Assembly (NCBI GenBank): GCA_963641675.1
Contig: CAVIES010000001.1
Span: forward strand, 1 to 57,427
Direction of reading: 5' to 3'
DNA: 57,427 bases
Source of the DNA: Anaerovoracaceae bacterium
GTDB lineage: Bacteria > Actinomycetota > Coriobacteriia > Coriobacteriales > Atopobiaceae
This document shows positions 9,801 to 17,587 of this stretch, one piece after another. The first letter of the stretch is position 1. Every line of letters begins with the position of its first letter. Both the position numbers and the translations under genes were made by a program. A model generated the notes under the pieces. That model saw only the letters and a program-made list of their open reading frames with translations, had not been told where the DNA came from and did not search any database.

Positions 9801-12800
9801 ACTTCTGAGGCGATGGATGCATTCCTGCAGACTACCAAGAAACTGGTGCTCCCGTTGAAGGCTTGCGGCATCCTTGACGGCAAGGTAACGTCGCTAGGCC
9901 TCCCCGACATCAAGTCGGAAACCTTCCGCAAGCGGGCCAGTGAAGTGCGCACGATGTCTGGGCTGCGAGCATTGACGGCGCTTCGCAACGCAGCAAAGAA
10001 GATTGCCCCTGGGTACGAGTTGGATCTTCCATCAGCCTACGAAGTCGAAGGCAGGGAAATGCGAGACATGGAGGACAACGCCGGGAAAGTGACCGTGGCA
10101 AGTGGGGAGTCTAGTAAAGCTAAGAAGACTGCAGCTATCCTCAAATACCTCCGCGAGCACCCCACGCGTTTGAAGGGGATAAAAAACAGCAACGGTGTTA
10201 ATGTCCGCACACCAAGCCTTAGCACGAACGAGGCCATCATCACGCTGACTAAGTGGCTGTACTCTGAAGAGGGTGCCCAGCACTTGTCCCTCCTTGAGAA
10301 GGATATTGCCGATGAAAAGCTGCGCGGCGAGATGGAGTCCTGGACGGAAGCAGGTGAGGGGGAGTGGTCCCCTGAGGACAATGGGTTCACCTCTAACGCG
10401 CACAGCGTCTTTGGAGGCGAGCCCAAATCAAGTGATGACGGCAGTGAGCACCCTGTCGGTGATGATGACCTCAAGAAGGACAAGCCGAACACCCGCAATG
10501 CTGTCGCTGCAGGCAAGGCGGGGGCTGGACTTATTGCCTCGGTAAAGGCCGCTTATAAAGCCAGTCGAAAGCAGTTAGGCAGAGAGGTGTTCGATATGCA
10601 GATGGCAGACCCCCGATCCGGGGCTTTAGCCATGGAACGCATAGAAACCCCCGAACTCATTGCCCAGCTAGATAAAAAACTCAAGGCATCCAACAAGGCC
10701 AACCTCAGCGACAACATCGCCCAAGCAATGCAGGCCTACAGCGAGCTCATACTCGGAAAGACCGATGGGCACCCTGGTGCTCTGCGCTTTGAGGAGTACG
10801 AGGAAGCAGAAGCCCGTGAGGCCATGGAAAACTCCCCTGTTGGCCGTTGGCTGGCACGCCAGGCGAAGCTCGTGGACAGCAAGCTCCTCGCGAAGGTTGG
10901 AAAAGAAGCAGAAGTGGAGGACCGCCAGGTCAACGCGTTCATTGCTAAGAAAGGCTCCAATCCTGCTGTGGCAGGGGTTCGCTCTGAGTCACACCCCGAG
11001 TTCCGAGGAATCGGCGCCAAGATTAGCGCCGCCGTGCATACCTTCTTGGCCAATACCTTGATGAACGACGGCGGATGGTGTGAAGGTGTGGACATGGATG
11101 CACACGTTGCCAAGCTTCGCAAGAAGCCTCGCACCAAGGCAGGCAAGGCAATTTTCGCCAAGTCGGGGGTCTTCAAGAACAAGCACTTGGAAGGTATTGT
11201 CATTCCACTAGCCTATGCGATGCGCACGTCCAAGAACCTGCGCAGTGACCTGGCGACCATCGTCTCCAAGCAATGCGCGGACAACATCATGCACATGATT
11301 GATGCCTGGGCAGCAGAAGGGAAGTCCATCCCTGACAACCTTGTGGTCCTCGACCTCGGCATCCAGAACTCTGAACACGTAAGCCCTGACGCTCTCGACG
11401 CGACTAACGGTCAGTTCTCCTACAACCGCTTCGGGTTCCACGTCACGGACAAAGGGGAAGTCACTAATCTGGCTACTGGTGCGGTCACGACGGAGACCTA
11501 TCACGTCTGTGCCATTGCACCTACGGAGCGCAACCCTCATATGGGTGCAAGTCAGCGCCGGGCGTCAGACAATGCCAATGCGTTGGTCTGCTCACACGAG
11601 GCGCTCCATGATGAGGACGAACGAACGAGCAACAAGTTGGGGCGTTGGTTGTTCGTCAATCTGTCCAACCACCCCGAGGCTAAGCTCCTTCGAGCTGTGT
11701 CTTTCATCGGTGTGCGGGGGGACATCCATACAGCCCAAGAGGCTATGAATTTCCTCATCGATGAAGGGAAGACGTGGTACCACGGTGTTGAGGTCGATGC
11801 GGCCAAGTTGTGGGCTAAAATGTCCGTCGCAGAGCGCGAGGCTGTGGCCCGCACATTTGCCTATCCGTGGGTAGAGGCAGATCAGCGTGGGACAGAGTTG
11901 ATCACTGAGGGACGGCTGACACCCGCAGAGATAAGGACAAAGAAACTAGAAAAGACCGCTGCAGAGATGTATGCCGCTTGGGGCTCCGCCTACATGTCCC
12001 GTCGTGGTCCCGGAAGGGCTGTTGTGGATAAGTACTTCCCAGAGTGCGCGAAGCAGATCTCCAAGGCGCTGTCTCTTGGGACCAAGGCAACCAACAAACA
12101 GGGGGCGGCTACCCCGGTGAAAAGCAACACGCAGGGTCCTGCCACCCCTGCAAAACAGAGGGTAGTGAATAATGCAAGAGCAGACGAACCTGGAATCTCT
12201 GGATATGACGGAGGAAGAGGGGATCGAGTACATGAAGATGCTTCTGGAGCATCCGGAGAGGAGTACTTGGGACGACTGGGGGAGGGACGAGAACGGGCAT
12301 CTGAATTCGAGTCTGAGCGGGGACGCGATGATCAACGTAGTGGACGCGGCAGTGAAGCACCACAAGGGAAAGAAACCCCAGAAGAGCGAGAAGCCCGAGT
12401 AGCTAGGGAAAAGGCCGCTGAGCGCGAGGCCCGTGTTCAGAAGGCCATCAAGGAAGACGTCCTCCTTGATCCTGCCGTGGCTCGTACGCAGGGCATCGAC
12501 CCTGACGCCTACGAGACCCCAGAAGGCAAGGCAGTGGTACGCGGGTACGCGGAGGCCATCGTTGATGAGCGCTCCGCTCGTAGCCGTGTCGGTGCTCTGT
12601 CGAACGCCGCCAAGAAGGACAAGTCCAAGGAGGAAGCGCTCGCCAAGGCTCAGTCAGAACTCCACGAAACTAAGGCCAAAGTCACATCGGCTCGTGTTAA
12701 GTTCAGCCAGTTCACCCGTGCACACCAGAAGGAAGTGCACTATGAACCGCTGAAGCCTCAGGCATCTGAGCAGTTCCCCTACGACAAGTGGGTGAACAAG

Positions 12801-15776
12801 ATCAGGAATCCCAAGCTTCAGGGCATGGCCCGCAACGTCGCGTCGGCCCTCTACAAGCATGGCCTTGGGTTCACGTTCACGCGTGACCTGGTGAATATTG
12901 TCAAGGGCTACCTGCCTGCGGCTACCCGCTGGCAGAACTGCATGGACCTTGCCGACCAGGAAGGCCGCACGTGGCAGGCTCGTGCTGTAGCCATCAACCA
13001 GAAGTACGACAAGCTCACTGACAAGGGTAAGGAGCTCCTCAATCGCTTGATGGAGAGCTCCGCCATCGACGGCATCTGGTATGCCCTGCCGGAGAACGCC
13101 GACCAGGATATCAAGGACATCTTCAAGGCCCAGTGGCACGCCTATGAGGATGAGGCCGAGGACAAGTGGCACGACACCCGCATCGAGGACGACATCCCCG
13201 CTGACGTCATGGAGGTCTACAAGGACGCCTTGAACTGGGGGCGGGATGCGCACCAAGCGGAGCTGGAAGGTGCTGTCAACCAGGTTGTCGAGCTGTACCG
13301 CAAGAGCATCGAGGCCTACCCCGACAAGATGGCGGAGCTCGAGGCTGAACGCAACGCAGAAATAAAACGCGTGACGGAAAGCCTGAAGGAGACGACAAGG
13401 CCCTACTTCCCGATCCGTCGCTTCGGCGACTATGTTGTGGTTGTTCGCTCGGAGAAGTACAACCAGCTGTGGCAGCAGTTCACGGCAGTGCAGAACGCTG
13501 TGAAGGGGCTTGATAACCCCAACACTGCCACACGCCACACCCTCCGTGACCTGCGGACGCAGATCCTTCAGCTGCAGCAGAACGGCGAGGACTACGTTGT
13601 TGAGTTTGCTGAGTCTCCCGCGGACGCAGTCAGGCTCCAAAAGGAGTTGCAGGAGGCCCTCCCCAACACCCAGGCGGTGTACAAGGAGCGGATGCAGTTC
13701 ATGCAGAAGGACGCCCTGGAGCTCTCGTCGCTGCTCAACGTGGCACACAAGGCCGCGCAGGCCGCCAACCCTGGCGATGGGGACATCTCCATCCTCAACG
13801 AGAAGGCAGCCAAGATGTTCAGCGAGTATGCCACACAGATGTACATCCAGCACCTCTCAAACAAGTCGGCCATGAAGTCCCGCCTGCACCGCCGCAAGGT
13901 GGCTGGCTACTCCAAGGACATGATGCGGGCGTTTATGACGTCTGTGTCCGCGCAGGCTCGGCACCTCGGATTCCTGAAACAGGGCGAGGCCATCCGTGAC
14001 TCTGTGGACGAGATGATCCAGCAGGCTCGTACATCTGAGAACCAGGCGGTGGCCACGACAGCTCTCAACGAGATCCTGCAACGCATTGATCAGAGCGTCC
14101 AGGGTGTCAGCCCTGCAACGAACGCAGCACTTCGTACAACATCCGCTTGGATGCTGCTGACGAACCCGTCGTTCTTCCTGCAGAACTTGACTCAGCCGTT
14201 GCTCTACTCGGTGCCGTACATTGCTCCGCGTTACGGCATGTACCAATCTCTTGGGGCCATGTCCAAGGAGATGGTGAAGGTTGCGGCCTGGGTAAGAAAG
14301 GACGGCACGCTGTCTGATGTTGAGTACCTCGGCCTCACGGAGGAAGAAACGGAGCGCTTGAAAGAGCTCGAAAGCCAGGACTTAGTCACCACCAAGGATA
14401 AGCTGGAGATAGAGGCCCTCCGCAAGAAGCTGGCTCTCTCGCCCGACCAGGTCAAGCTCCTCCAGACCATGCAGACCCGCGGCCTGCTGGACATCGGCCT
14501 CTCTCAGGAGTTCGGTGAGTACAGCACGGCTGAACACGGCGAGATCTCCAATAAAGTGCTTGGCTGGACGAACTTCCTCGCGAAGGCCGCTCGTCAAGTG
14601 GAAATCGTGAACCGTGCTTCCACGGCTCTGGTGTCGTACAACCTCGAAAAGGCCCGGCTCGTAGGCAAGGGGATGTCGGAAGAAGAGGCTCAGGCCAAGG
14701 CTCTGACGTACGCTGACCATGTGCTGTACGAGACCCACGGTGACTACAGCTCTCGCAACGCTCCGCGCTACTTCAAGCTGAACACGCTCACACGCCTGGC
14801 CTCGCAGTTCCGCAAGTTCCAGCTTATCCAGCTGGGGTGGATGTGCCGCATGATCAAGCAGTCGCTGTCGTCGGTGCCCTCTGAAGAGCGTGCCTTCGCT
14901 CGGGCTGGGTTGCTGTACACCATGTCAACCTTCGCACTTGTCACAGGTGTCCGAGGCATGCCACTTGTCGGTACGGCCATGCTACTCATGGGTCTTGGCG
15001 GTGGTGCTGGGGATGACGATGAAGACGTGGTGCGCCGCGAGCTGGTCAATGCTGGTGTTGACAAAGCTGTCGTGGACTTCATGCTCCGAGGCCTCCCGGC
15101 AGCTGTGGGGCTGGACCTCAGCGAGAAGCTCGGCGCTCGCAACATGCTCCTGCCGACGCCGTACTACGATGGGTCGTATGCCTTGAAGGGTGGCGAGGAT
15201 GACGCCAAGGATCTCCTGGCATCTGTCCTTGGACCGGCGGCGAGCCTGTTCCTGAAGTTCGGTCGTGCAGCTGACTACGCCTGGCAGGGAGACACCTACA
15301 AGGGTGTGGAGACAGCAATGCCCACAGGTATTGCCAACGTGATGAAGGCCGTCCGCTTCAGCACGGAGGGTATCTCCTCGAAGGGGGGTGACATCTTGGT
15401 CCCCGGAGAGAACTTCTCCTTTGCTGACCTCGTCACCCAGGCCATCGGTCTGCCGACTACGGAGATCACCAATCGCAGCCTCCGCGCCTCGTCCATGTAC
15501 CGCCACCAGACGGCCTACCAGGAAGTGGCCAAGGGCATCCGTCGCGACTACCAAAAGGCGGTCAAGGTGGGCGACCGGGCGGGAGTGCGTAAGGCCTTGG
15601 AAGCGTGGCAACGCATGAACCAGGACCGCATGATGCAGGGCTTCGCCCCCAACAAGGTTTCAAACCTCACCGGAGCAGTCAAGGCTCAACGCAAGCGGGA
15701 GCGTGATGCCATTGGTGGTGTGGCGGCGGACAAGTCCAACCGAGGGTTTGCAGCTAACCTCGCGAAGATGTACTAG
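6864..15776 (+). CDS. Giant internal virion protein (2970 aa) with zincin-like HExxH region and C-terminal PLxRFG-type domain
   Basis: HEALH at nt ~11595-11609 with downstream AAEMYAAW; YFPIRRFGDYVVVVR at ~13404-13450; Gly/Ala-rich N-terminus; last gene of the virion arm. Confidence 0.8.
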   Translation: MPRYIGDYSWDLADAPEETDQNSGVLGDTGTDLKLGVGQLKQASYAVGDLVARPFRSDDDETFSERLAKADENEIGSEAWQAKKRAEYSDARQASEEDYEAVKKSFGDSALGQYAGTIYSMATHPRVAFGRIAESAPAMVAGGGVGGAIAKGATALGLATRAATIARAANIGAALGEGVQSGANNAYDLMNYNVRNGRPRYEGMGGNQLLTAGGVAMTSLVGARVGGGIEASLFNKEARQALKAGNKGTVRAAGGEFVEETGQTVWEDVPQNLSMGKSWDEGLYEDMAESGFAGGAMGGGVHIGHRVLGTTGQQSLLNDAPTQQDTQERAQARAQEQMRAEPQGEATQEAPASEPEQTGPVYALGYDPRVGTRNDEPIDMGYDRSAYPAPSAPVSGEMTNRMVPQWMLDEHGQRKYSQSEMDRMERQRQQGVVPPVYALGYDPRVGTRNEQPIIMGHNPNTEARYNHMTPQSGFDERGHRTMSNQELNDYHSGNRRAVEDAAAATPMAGTQPVPPAPQRELTKEEKAAEKARQKAEEKKAKEKAAFQQAEAEADTYHSHYADTLERGKKVSRGEMKEDAQWHEAHPEMAPTLQVLARANKLAKAGLRPSELRDLARKHHSENPISMLESLERGANDASTVERGDVLSAAAEILRNPEADLEQFIAGRQKTRADAEAKAVLEAETKKAQKKAEKAEAAKPKAEPVEEVVPSAEEWEKMSDERRAKVVTAAARSKNKEFHDGVRDLNDKFRAYQEKVRQNEEGKKAATEKAAENEPAKTEPKKEEPTAEEKKEAPAKLEEKKEEPKAEEKKDEIVTDKAGRRVWKSVLDEEAERPEGYPNEMPAQYLRRQRWLDVVGRAMKALFVGHDEVGARGGVTHVRGVLKANSTGFNRVGDLVYAMENGGLKEDIQRFATKEHLKALEAIESVTRELYYPDFDLGLDELRAKLGVKKAAPEAKAVSKETSESKAKEVKPEAKEDPKPTSEAMDAFLQTTKKLVLPLKACGILDGKVTSLGLPDIKSETFRKRASEVRTMSGLRALTALRNAAKKIAPGYELDLPSAYEVEGREMRDMEDNAGKVTVASGESSKAKKTAAILKYLREHPTRLKGIKNSNGVNVRTPSLSTNEAIITLTKWLYSEEGAQHLSLLEKDIADEKLRGEMESWTEAGEGEWSPEDNGFTSNAHSVFGGEPKSSDDGSEHPVGDDDLKKDKPNTRNAVAAGKAGAGLIASVKAAYKASRKQLGREVFDMQMADPRSGALAMERIETPELIAQLDKKLKASNKANLSDNIAQAMQAYSELILGKTDGHPGALRFEEYEEAEAREAMENSPVGRWLARQAKLVDSKLLAKVGKEAEVEDRQVNAFIAKKGSNPAVAGVRSESHPEFRGIGAKISAAVHTFLANTLMNDGGWCEGVDMDAHVAKLRKKPRTKAGKAIFAKSGVFKNKHLEGIVIPLAYAMRTSKNLRSDLATIVSKQCADNIMHMIDAWAAEGKSIPDNLVVLDLGIQNSEHVSPDALDATNGQFSYNRFGFHVTDKGEVTNLATGAVTTETYHVCAIAPTERNPHMGASQRRASDNANALVCSHEALHDEDERTSNKLGRWLFVNLSNHPEAKLLRAVSFIGVRGDIHTAQEAMNFLIDEGKTWYHGVEVDAAKLWAKMSVAEREAVARTFAYPWVEADQRGTELITEGRLTPAEIRTKKLEKTAAEMYAAWGSAYMSRRGPGRAVVDKYFPECAKQISKALSLGTKATNKQGAATPVKSNTQGPATPAKQRVVNNARADEPGISGYDGGRGDRVHEDASGASGEEYLGRLGEGRERASEFESERGRDDQRSGRGSEAPQGKETPEEREARVAREKAAEREARVQKAIKEDVLLDPAVARTQGIDPDAYETPEGKAVVRGYAEAIVDERSARSRVGALSNAAKKDKSKEEALAKAQSELHETKAKVTSARVKFSQFTRAHQKEVHYEPLKPQASEQFPYDKWVNKIRNPKLQGMARNVASALYKHGLGFTFTRDLVNIVKGYLPAATRWQNCMDLADQEGRTWQARAVAINQKYDKLTDKGKELLNRLMESSAIDGIWYALPENADQDIKDIFKAQWHAYEDEAEDKWHDTRIEDDIPADVMEVYKDALNWGRDAHQAELEGAVNQVVELYRKSIEAYPDKMAELEAERNAEIKRVTESLKETTRPYFPIRRFGDYVVVVRSEKYNQLWQQFTAVQNAVKGLDNPNTATRHTLRDLRTQILQLQQNGEDYVVEFAESPADAVRLQKELQEALPNTQAVYKERMQFMQKDALELSSLLNVAHKAAQAANPGDGDISILNEKAAKMFSEYATQMYIQHLSNKSAMKSRLHRRKVAGYSKDMMRAFMTSVSAQARHLGFLKQGEAIRDSVDEMIQQARTSENQAVATTALNEILQRIDQSVQGVSPATNAALRTTSAWMLLTNPSFFLQNLTQPLLYSVPYIAPRYGMYQSLGAMSKEMVKVAAWVRKDGTLSDVEYLGLTEEETERLKELESQDLVTTKDKLEIEALRKKLALSPDQVKLLQTMQTRGLLDIGLSQEFGEYSTAEHGEISNKVLGWTNFLAKAARQVEIVNRASTALVSYNLEKARLVGKGMSEEEAQAKALTYADHVLYETHGDYSSRNAPRYFKLNTLTRLASQFRKFQLIQLGWMCRMIKQSLSSVPSEERAFARAGLLYTMSTFALVTGVRGMPLVGTAMLLMGLGGGAGDDDEDVVRRELVNAGVDKAVVDFMLRGLPAAVGLDLSEKLGARNMLLPTPYYDGSYALKGGEDDAKDLLASVLGPAASLFLKFGRAADYAWQGDTYKGVETAMPTGIANVMKAVRFSTEGISSKGGDILVPGENFSFADLVTQAIGLPTTEITNRSLRASSMYRHQTAYQEVAKGIRRDYQKAVKVGDRAGVRKALEAWQRMNQDRMMQGFAPNKVSNLTGAVKAQRKRERDAIGGVAADKSNRGFAANLAKMY

Positions 15777-16914
15777 TGACGTAGTCCGCCCACTCCTGGA
15801 GGAGCTTTCTTCTCAAGTCGAGGAGGTTGCTCCTCTGGTAGGACAGAGTGACCTTCCCTCCAATGCTGTGATGGAGGCATGCCTCACGGGTTTCGGGGTT
15901 CTTCTCATGGTCAGCGCACCACGAACTGAAGGACGCTCGGAACCCGTGAGCTGTATAGGGGATCTTGTTGACCTTGAGGAACTGCATAGCCGTGTGGTTG
16001 CCGACTTTTTTCCCAAAAGGGAACTCTGCCGTGAAATCAAATATGGCACCCATCTGCGTGGGGTAGGGGACTTCCCAGGGCTCTGTAGAAGTCTTGGACT
16101 TCTGGATGACGAGCACTCGCTTCTCTGTGTCAATGTCCGACACTCGGAGATCTGCGAACTCCTGCGGGCGCGGCACACACAGCATGCATGCAAGGGTCAC
16201 ACGCTTGGCAGGGGTGTCAGGCAGTGCAGCAAGCTGAGCGTAGAGGGCAGGCACGTCTTTCCATGGGCAAGAGGCACGGTGCTCAACCTTTGACACCTTG
16301 GACGCCTTGGGCATGAGGAGTTCTAGCGCTCCCTCCCAGTCGGTGGGGTAGCTCCCAGCGAAGAGCCCCCTCACCGTGGCATAGCGGTAGCAGGCTCTGA
16401 GGCATGTGAGCATGCGCCCGCCTGTGCTGCTTGTCCATACAGGGGTGAGGGCAGTGGCAATGTCTTGGGGTGTGATGAGTGTGAGGGGTTTGGAGCCGAT
16501 GCTTGGGAGCACCTTGCTCTCAAGGAGTGCTTTGCCGTTGTGCACCCAGCGTGGCGTGCGCAAGGCATTCTTCTCGTAGTACCACTGCAAGGCGTCCCCA
16601 TAGACATCCTCGAGTGTGGTGTGAAGCCCCTTGGCGGCCAGGGCTTCTTTCTTCTTTGTAGCAGCTATAACGGCACGAGCCACAAGGGGGTGCTTGCCCT
16701 CAGCAATCTGCTGTCTGACCTCTGCGGCTTTGGCTCGGGCATCTGCCAGGGGGAGAGCCCCCAGCCCAAGGTCGTGCCTACTACCTTGGAAACTGAAACG
16801 GAGGAACCAGCGACGGCTGTTTCCCTGCACTCTGAGATACAGGCCGTTGCCATCCAGATGCTTCCCCTCTGGGAGCTTGGCGATCTGGTTCGCTCGTAGT
16901 CTGTTTATGATCAT
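15754..16914 (-). CDS. int: Tyrosine integrase, P4-like, with N-terminal arm-binding domain
   Basis: DGNGLYLRV..W..R..LGLG arm domain; catalytic R (VPRPQE), K, HGFR, LHH and Y (SYQRS). Confidence 0.93.
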   Translation of the reverse strand: MIINRLRANQIAKLPEGKHLDGNGLYLRVQGNSRRWFLRFSFQGSRHDLGLGALPLADARAKAAEVRQQIAEGKHPLVARAVIAATKKKEALAAKGLHTTLEDVYGDALQWYYEKNALRTPRWVHNGKALLESKVLPSIGSKPLTLITPQDIATALTPVWTSSTGGRMLTCLRACYRYATVRGLFAGSYPTDWEGALELLMPKASKVSKVEHRASCPWKDVPALYAQLAALPDTPAKRVTLACMLCVPRPQEFADLRVSDIDTEKRVLVIQKSKTSTEPWEVPYPTQMGAIFDFTAEFPFGKKVGNHTAMQFLKVNKIPYTAHGFRASFSSWCADHEKNPETREACLHHSIGGKVTLSYQRSNLLDLRRKLLQEWADYVTSTSSRG

Positions 16915-16918
16915 TCCG

Positions 16919-17149
16919 CGTCCCTCTTTACGTCCCTCATTCGTTGAGTAAAACCGGCTAATTAGCCGTAGAAGGATTGTACACGCGGAGTTGAAAACTG
17001 CCTAATAACTTGTATAACTACAACGGGCTGAGTGAAACAGTAAAAATTAAGCACCCATGCATGGGCTGATGGCGAGCATCATGCATAGGTGCTAAAACAG
17101 CTTTAAAATCAATATGCTTTTAAGGTGCCAAAATTGACGTCCCTCATTC
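16919..17149. other. Candidate intact attP region between int and xis
   Basis: ACGTCCCTCATTC at 16930-16942 and 17137-17149 plus CGTCCCTC at 16919 (arm-type repeats); AT-rich interior with inverted repeat 17050-17063/17080-17093. Confidence 0.55.
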
Positions 17150-17587
17150 TGCCCACTGCTCGCCGACCGCATATCGGCGGACCTGACCGACGTTCCAGCG
17201 AGGGTTGGCGTTCTCGCGGATGCGCACGGGCTTGGGGAAACTGCCCTTCTTCAGCCGTTCGTAAAGTGTCACAGGGTTGATGCGGAGATAGCGAGCCACC
17301 TCCTTCGCCGTGGCGAAACTGTCGTTGCTGATTGCAGGGTCTGCCAAGTCACGGGCGCCCTTCTGCGGAAGGAGCGGGAGGAACCCCGTAGCGTACGCCC
17401 GCTCCTTGAACCGCTTCAACTCGAGAAAGAGGTAGCGGGGGTTGATGCCACCGGGAGTTGAGCGCTTGAAGAAGCCTCGGAGCTCCAGCTGGTTGAAGTA
17501 CCGGCGGGTAATGCCGAGGTACTGGGCTCCCTCACTGCAGAGGAGGAGAGTGTTGTCAGATACTTTGGAGAAGTCGATTTCTTTCAT
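17144..17587 (-). CDS. Excisionase/AlpA-like protein with two tandem winged-HTH units
   Basis: EGAQYLGITRRYF..RGFF and KEVARYLRINPVTLYERLKKGSFPKPVRI..RW; adjacent to int. Confidence 0.8.
   Translation of the reverse strand: MKEIDFSKVSDNTLLLCSEGAQYLGITRRYFNQLELRGFFKRSTPGGINPRYLFLELKRFKERAYATGFLPLLPQKGARDLADPAISNDSFATAKEVARYLRINPVTLYERLKKGSFPKPVRIRENANPRWNVGQVRRYAVGEQWAE

Noticed and set aside
4246..15611. Long antisense ORFs (e.g. 4246-5628, 6981-8720, 12654-13853; likewise 44529-45764, 48004-49449)
   Set aside because: Shadow frames of GC-biased genes on the opposite strand; no motifs or RBS.
6864..15776. Virion RNA polymerase (N4- or crAss-like)
   Set aside because: No DxDGD or T7-type polymerase motifs found by eye; PLxRFG and HExxH fit an ejection/polyvalent protein.
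15754..16914. Protelomerase acting on the palindromes
   Set aside because: Arm-binding domain, HGFR motif and adjacent xis indicate a conventional integrase.
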